DNA from: Prevotella sp.
Lineage (GTDB): Bacteria; Bacteroidota; Bacteroidia; Bacteroidales; Dysgonomonadaceae
Direction: 5' to 3'
Length of the DNA: 64,000 nt
Assembly: GCA_031285625.1 (NCBI GenBank)
Contig: JAITVV010000063.1
Coordinates: 1-64,000, forward strand
Below, piece after piece: positions 59,193 to 64,000 of this stretch; the stretch's first letter is position 1; the number at the start of each line of letters is the position of its first letter. A program made the translations under genes and the position numbers. Under the pieces are notes generated by a model. The model was given only the letters and a program-made list of their open reading frames with translations, was not told the origin of the DNA and did no database searches.

Positions 59193-60254
59193 TTATATAA
59201 TTTTATAGTTAGACAAACAGATATGAACCTGCCTTGAAGTGCCCCAATCACATTCTTTTATTGTATGTCCGGTAATGACCGGAGCCTTTACACCATCTCC
59301 AAAACGGATACCGGATATTTCAATAAGCGCTTCATCCCACAATTGTTTATCAATAAGGGTTTGAAGTAATTCCCGCCCACCTTCGACTAGTACTGATGTA
59401 ATTTTGCGTCTTTTAAGAATTGAGAATATGTTGTATAGTAAATTTTCATTAAAAAGCACAGATACAAAAGTTACATTTTTGATGGCGGAGACGGATTCTC
59501 GTTCAGTAAAAACAATGGTCTCTACATTTCCATCAAAAACTGTATAGTCCAAGGGAATACGTCCTTGCCTATCCAACACTATACGTATCGGATTTTTTCC
59601 ATACCAGTACCGGGTCGTCAATGATGGATTATCCTTTATAGCAGTATTTGTGCCAATCATAATGGATGGTACTTCCGACCTTTTCTTATGCACTAGTATT
59701 CGTGAAAACTCATTCGAGATTGGTGTTGGTTCCGGCTTCTCCCCATCACAGCGAACCTTATCGATAAAGCCATCTCGAGTTTGTGCCCACTTCAAATAAA
59801 TATAAGGGCGATCCTTAGTCTGTGCAGTAAAGAACTCTTTATTCAAGTTCAATGCTTCTTGCTCAAGTATTCCTATAGAAACTTCAACACCGGCATCCTG
59901 CAACATTTTCACTCCTCTTCCTGCTACTGCAGGGTAAGGATCGAGACAGGCAATAACGACACGGGGTATCCGGCTTTCAATAATCAGCTGGGCACATGGT
60001 GGCGTCTTACCATGGTGAGCACAAGGTTCTAACGAAACATAGATCGTTGATTCTTTCAATAAAGATTTATCTTTTACACTAGCTATAGCATTCACCTCTG
60101 CATGCGCCTTACCATATTCACGATGAAACCCTTCTCCAATAATTTTATCATTATGAACTACTACCGCACCCACCATCGGATTAGGACTAACATATCCTCT
60201 TCCATTAAGTGCCAGTTGCAAGCAGCGATACATATATTTCTCGTCAATAATCAT
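59193..60254 (-). CDS. ribD: Bifunctional riboflavin deaminase/reductase
   Basis: PNPMVGAV, HAEVNAI, LEPCAHHGKTPPC, LKWAQT.DG, VEGG. Confidence 0.96.
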   Translation of the reverse strand: MIIDEKYMYRCLQLALNGRGYVSPNPMVGAVVVHNDKIIGEGFHREYGKAHAEVNAIASVKDKSLLKESTIYVSLEPCAHHGKTPPCAQLIIESRIPRVVIACLDPYPAVAGRGVKMLQDAGVEVSIGILEQEALNLNKEFFTAQTKDRPYIYLKWAQTRDGFIDKVRCDGEKPEPTPISNEFSRILVHKKRSEVPSIMIGTNTAIKDNPSLTTRYWYGKNPIRIVLDRQGRIPLDYTVFDGNVETIVFTERESVSAIKNVTFVSVLFNENLLYNIFSILKRRKITSVLVEGGRELLQTLIDKQLWDEALIEISGIRFGDGVKAPVITGHTIKECDWGTSRQVHICLSNYKII

Positions 60255-60326
60255 GCTTTCGAGTTTCTACAAAGAGAAACGCAATTATTTCAGGGTTATT
60301 TTATTTTAAGTATTTTTTATGAAATA

Positions 60327-60704
60327 TTATTTTGCTGCTATGACTTCAATTTCAACTAATGCGCCTTTAGGTAAATCCTTTACAGCGAATGCCGAACGCG
60401 CCGGATAAGTTCCTGAAAACTGGGTCGCATAAACTTCATTCATACTGGCAAAATGTGCTATATCATTTAGTAAAACAGTTGTTTTTACGATATTATCAGT
60501 AGTAAGTCCTACTTCGGCAAGGATGGCTTTTATATTTTTGAAACATTGTTCGGTTTGTTCTTTTGCTCCTCCTTCTACAAAATCTCCGGTAGCCGGATCA
60601 ATTGGAATCTGTCCCGAGATAAATACCATTCCGTTTACTTCTATAGCCTGGCTATATGGTCCTATTGCTGCAGGGGCATTGTTGGTTGAAATTACTTTTT
60701 TCAT
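60327..60704 (-). CDS. ridA: RidA/YjgF-family enamine deaminase
   Basis: APAAIGPYSQA, ISGQIP, YPARS, LPKGALVEIE. Confidence 0.92.
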   Translation of the reverse strand: MKKVISTNNAPAAIGPYSQAIEVNGMVFISGQIPIDPATGDFVEGGAKEQTEQCFKNIKAILAEVGLTTDNIVKTTVLLNDIAHFASMNEVYATQFSGTYPARSAFAVKDLPKGALVEIEVIAAK

Positions 60705-60716
60705 AATTCTATATAT

Positions 60717-61113
60717 TTAATCTGGTTTCTTAATATGTATCTGTATTGGTAATTTTTGATAAACACGGACTGATTTTCCTTTATGTTTGCCAGGAGTCCA
60801 TTTTGGCATGCCCTGCATTGCTTTCTTGAAAGCGTTATTAATCGCATCTCCTCTTTCGCTTTTAACTTCTATATTTGAAAGAGATCCGTCAGTTTCTACA
60901 ATAAATTTGATATTTATTCTTCCTTGTCTGAGATAAGCTTCTTCTGGCATTTCCGATAGATCTACATTACTATAAATATAGCGGTTCATTTCACTTTCCC
61001 CTCCGGGAAAAGAAGGCATTTGCTCTACAAATGTATATACTGTCCTGCTTATTTTGTGCATTACAAGACATAAAGCCTATCCAACATATAAATAGCAGGA
61101 AATACTTGCTCAT
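60717..61113 (-). CDS. TonB C-terminal domain protein, frameshifted near 61035 (fused ~132 aa)
   Basis: VEQMPSFPGG...MPKWTPG TonB_C domain. Signal-peptide frame MSKYFLLFICWIGFMSCNAQ starts at 61113 (ATGA overlap with the rlmB stop) and is out of frame with the domain. Confidence 0.7.
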
Positions 61114-61850
61114 TTCAGACCCTTTTGTCGTATTACCTCATAAATTAGTACGCCAGCTGCTACAGACACATTAAGCGAGCCAATGGTACCAAATTGAGGA
61201 ATCACCACAAGATTGTCTGCAATCCGGAGATTATCATTAGATACACCTGTATCCTCTGCCCCCATAACGAACGCAACAGGGCCAGAATAGTCTACCTCAG
61301 TGTAATTATCTGCCCCTCGCTCTGTGGCAGCAACAACTTTAACTCCACTATTTTTAAGAAACTGGATTGCAGCAGTAAGACTTTGTTCTTTACAAACAGG
61401 TATTTTAAGTAATGCTCCGGCCGAAGTTTTTACAGCATCAGCATTCACTGTAACGCTTCCTTTTGCGGGAATAACGATGGCATCGACCCCTGCGACTTCG
61501 CATGTACGGGCAATAGCTCCGAAATTACGAACATCGGTAATGCCATCCAGAACAAGAATAAAAGGATCTTTTCCTTTTTCGTATAAGAAAGGGATAATAT
61601 CTTCGATCCGCTCATAAGTGATAGCGGAAAGAAAAGCAATAACACCCTGATGATTCTTGCGGGTAAAGCGGTCGAGGCGTTCCATTGGTACCCGTTGCAC
61701 AGGAATATCATGAGACTTCAAGGCAACAAATAATTCTTTTGAAAGGTCGCCTTGTAATTCACGACGAACAATCACTTTATCTATTTCTTTCCCGGCTTCA
61801 ATGGCTTCTAATACAGCCCGTATTCCGAAAATCATTTCTTTTTCTTTCAT
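61110..61850 (-). CDS. rlmB: 23S rRNA Gm2251 methyltransferase
   Basis: NHQGV, LDGITDVRNFGAIART, MGAEDTG, SLNVSVAAG. Confidence 0.93.
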   Translation of the reverse strand: MKEKEMIFGIRAVLEAIEAGKEIDKVIVRRELQGDLSKELFVALKSHDIPVQRVPMERLDRFTRKNHQGVIAFLSAITYERIEDIIPFLYEKGKDPFILVLDGITDVRNFGAIARTCEVAGVDAIVIPAKGSVTVNADAVKTSAGALLKIPVCKEQSLTAAIQFLKNSGVKVVAATERGADNYTEVDYSGPVAFVMGAEDTGVSNDNLRIADNLVVIPQFGTIGSLNVSVAAGVLIYEVIRQKGLK

Positions 61851-61874
61851 TCTGCTTTATTTAAGGTCACAGAC

Positions 61875-63548
61875 CTAATTATTTTGAGATTTATTACTTA
61901 TACGAGCCAATTTACTCTTTCTATACCCATATGCAAAATAGATAATCAAGCCTATTGCCAACCAGATCATAAACATCACCCAGTTTGTCCAGCCCAATTC
62001 TGTCATTAAATATAAATTTGTAAGGATTCCCATAATAGGAAGTAATGAAAATTTATATTTAAATGCTGCTATTGATAATCCAAGCCATACCAAACCAAAA
62101 ACGAGTAAAAGAGGCTTTCCGCTAATGATATCAATATAATCTGTCTTACTGACAAACAAATATACTGCAACTATGAATAAAATAAAAATGATATACTGTC
62201 CATTTATGTATGGAACCTTGAATTTAGCCTTCTTGCTTTCCCCTTTGTGATCAAGAAATAACACTCCGGCACATACAAGAATAAATGCAAAAAATGTACC
62301 TACACTAGTCAAGTCTACCACAAATTGCATATCCAGAAAAAGAGATGGGATACAAACTAAAACACCTGTCATTATGGTTGAAAAAGAAGGAGTTTTGTAC
62401 TTAGGGTGTATCTTGGAAAACTTAGGCCAAAGCAGGCCATCGCGGCTCATTGTCATCCATATGCGCGGCTGCCCTATCTGAAATACAAGTATAGCGCTGG
62501 TAATTGCAATAATAGCAGTAAAGGATATTACTCCTGCTACAAAATCCATATCCACCAACTGAAATACATATGCCAGAGGATCGTCGACACCTAATTCTTT
62601 ATAGCTGACCATACCTGTAAGGACAAGTGCTATAGCTACATATAATATTGTACAGATACCTAAGCAATACAACATGGCGCGCGGCATATCCCTTTGGGGA
62701 TTCTTGCTTTCTTCGGCTGTGGTAGATATAGAATCAAATCCGATAAAGGCAAAGAAAACAGCAGCTACGCCACCCAGCACTCCTTGTATACCATTGGGAG
62801 CAAAAGGAGACCAGTTTTCAGGCTTTACAAAAAATGCCCCGATAAGGATAACTGCAAGGATGATTCCTATTTTAAGAAATACAAGCAGATTATTTACCAT
62901 TTTTGATTCCTTGATTCCTAAAAAAACGAGAAAAGTAAGTGCAGTTACTACAAGTCCGGCAGGGAGATTAACTAATATTTTTGTTCCGAATAGTTCCGGA
63001 GCATTTTGATAGATTTGTGCTGCCTTTAAAGTATGTGCGGGTAAATCTGCACCACCCTGCAGTACAGCATTGTATGCCTTATGTGCAGTGGAGTAACCTA
63101 TAGCAAGCCAGTCGGGCCAGGCAACTCCAAACCCCTGCAAAAGAGTAGTAAAATATTCAGACCAGGAGATAGCTATCACCATATTGGAAACTGCATATTC
63201 AAGTATCAACGCCCAACCTATTACCCATGCAAATATTTCACCTAACGACACATAAGTATATGTATAAGCACTACCGCTTACTGAAATCATAGATGCAAAC
63301 TGGGCATAGCACAGTGCTGTAAACACACAGGCTATAGCTACAAAAACGAAAAGGAGAGACACTGCAGGCCCTCCATGAAAAGCAGCACGCCCAATAGTGC
63401 TGAAAATACCAGCACCTACTATAGCAGCAATACCAAAAAGTGTCAGATCCCTGACACCTAATACTCTTTTCATTCCTGAACTGATGGAATCGCCTTCATC
63501 GGAGATACTATCAATACTCTTTTTACGTATAAAGGAATTTAAACTCAT
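61875..63548 (-). CDS. APC-family amino acid permease (CAT-like)
   Basis: GIAAIVGAGIF, SGSAYTY, FFAFIGFD, AEESKNPQRD, MSRDGLL; many TM helices. Confidence 0.92.
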   Translation of the reverse strand: MSLNSFIRKKSIDSISDEGDSISSGMKRVLGVRDLTLFGIAAIVGAGIFSTIGRAAFHGGPAVSLLFVFVAIACVFTALCYAQFASMISVSGSAYTYTYVSLGEIFAWVIGWALILEYAVSNMVIAISWSEYFTTLLQGFGVAWPDWLAIGYSTAHKAYNAVLQGGADLPAHTLKAAQIYQNAPELFGTKILVNLPAGLVVTALTFLVFLGIKESKMVNNLLVFLKIGIILAVILIGAFFVKPENWSPFAPNGIQGVLGGVAAVFFAFIGFDSISTTAEESKNPQRDMPRAMLYCLGICTILYVAIALVLTGMVSYKELGVDDPLAYVFQLVDMDFVAGVISFTAIIAITSAILVFQIGQPRIWMTMSRDGLLWPKFSKIHPKYKTPSFSTIMTGVLVCIPSLFLDMQFVVDLTSVGTFFAFILVCAGVLFLDHKGESKKAKFKVPYINGQYIIFILFIVAVYLFVSKTDYIDIISGKPLLLVFGLVWLGLSIAAFKYKFSLLPIMGILTNLYLMTELGWTNWVMFMIWLAIGLIIYFAYGYRKSKLARISNKSQNN

Positions 63549-64000
63549 TTATAATTGTTCTATATTAATAGATTTTTCAGAACCCGGCATTATATGAATT
63601 GAACCTATTTTGGCAGACGAAGCTTTCTTAATAATATATGCCAGTTTACGTGAAGCTTTGTTTATTTCTGTCCAATTCCAAAGATCAGGATTGGCCATTT
63701 CCGGATATGTTGAATACCAGTTATTTGCCCTTACCTGACTATTATGTTTTATAGTAGAGTACTCAAGCTTGTTATTCCAAACCTTACCAAAATATAATTG
63801 TATTAATCCCCAGCCCTCTGAACTATAGCGAAAAGTATAACCATTACAATATTCCGGATCTAAGTTCACTTTTCTAAATATAACCTTTCCTCCAAAATCA
63901 GGAGAATATATATTAAAGTGGCCTGCACGTTTTTCTGTTTCTATTTTATGCTCTATTTCTTCCAATGTCGGATATTTTACAATTTCTTCTCCATAGCTGG
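63549..64000 (-). CDS. Hypothetical protein, 5'-truncated by the window edge
   Basis: Frame stays open from 63549 to the window end; contains GWGLIQLYFG. Confidence 0.65.
   Translation of the reverse strand, partial: SYGEEIVKYPTLEEIEHKIETEKRAGHFNIYSPDFGGKVIFRKVNLDPEYCNGYTFRYSSEGWGLIQLYFGKVWNNKLEYSTIKHNSQVRANNWYSTYPEMANPDLWNWTEINKASRKLAYIIKKASSAKIGSIHIMPGSEKSINIEQL

Noticed and set aside
52293-60254. skp-skp-bamA-uppS-porG-like-DUF6242-ribD cluster as novel
   Set aside because: This is a conserved Bacteroidales core gene arrangement.
3959-63597. Numerous 60-160 aa ORFs antisense to or nested in long genes
   Set aside because: Shadow ORFs of well-supported CDSs with no recognisable motifs.

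Overview
AT-rich Bacteroidales chromosome segment; gene content and order suggest a Dysgonomonas-like organism (inference). (1) 113-20720 is a ~20.6 kb integrative island in the 3' end of a tRNA(CAT) fragment. It is bounded by a 14-bp direct repeat and has matching arm-type motifs at both ends. It carries a tyrosine integrase, an oriT-like region, mobA but no relaxase, a switch-like structured RNA element, a frameshifted rteC, and an ECF-sigma/FecR-regulated SusC/SusD polysaccharide utilization locus (SusE-like, GH53, GH2, beta-helix lipoprotein, NahK-like kinase, GH109). A collapsed relic of a second GH2/beta-helix gene pair lies inside this locus. (2) 20816-26787 holds paired HTH regulators divergent from an operon of secreted proteins that share a 'QVTIG...LPRV...G.VYN...WDG..W' N-terminal domain, plus a propeller/PKD protein ending in a short 'PVNP' tail. 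A further family member lies at 38926-40698. This is my best candidate for an undescribed surface-fibre/adhesin system. (3) 27151-35279 is an AraC-linked SusC/SusD locus with no recognisable glycoside hydrolase, and 41083-52235 is an HTCS with GH76/GH125/GH97/GH127 but no SusC/D. (4) Core genes: icd, trpS, skp-skp-bamA-uppS-porG-like-DUF6242-ribD, ridA, frameshifted TonB-C, rlmB, APC permease. No CRISPR array, rRNA or complete tRNA was seen. All family calls come from motif recognition by eye, not database searches.
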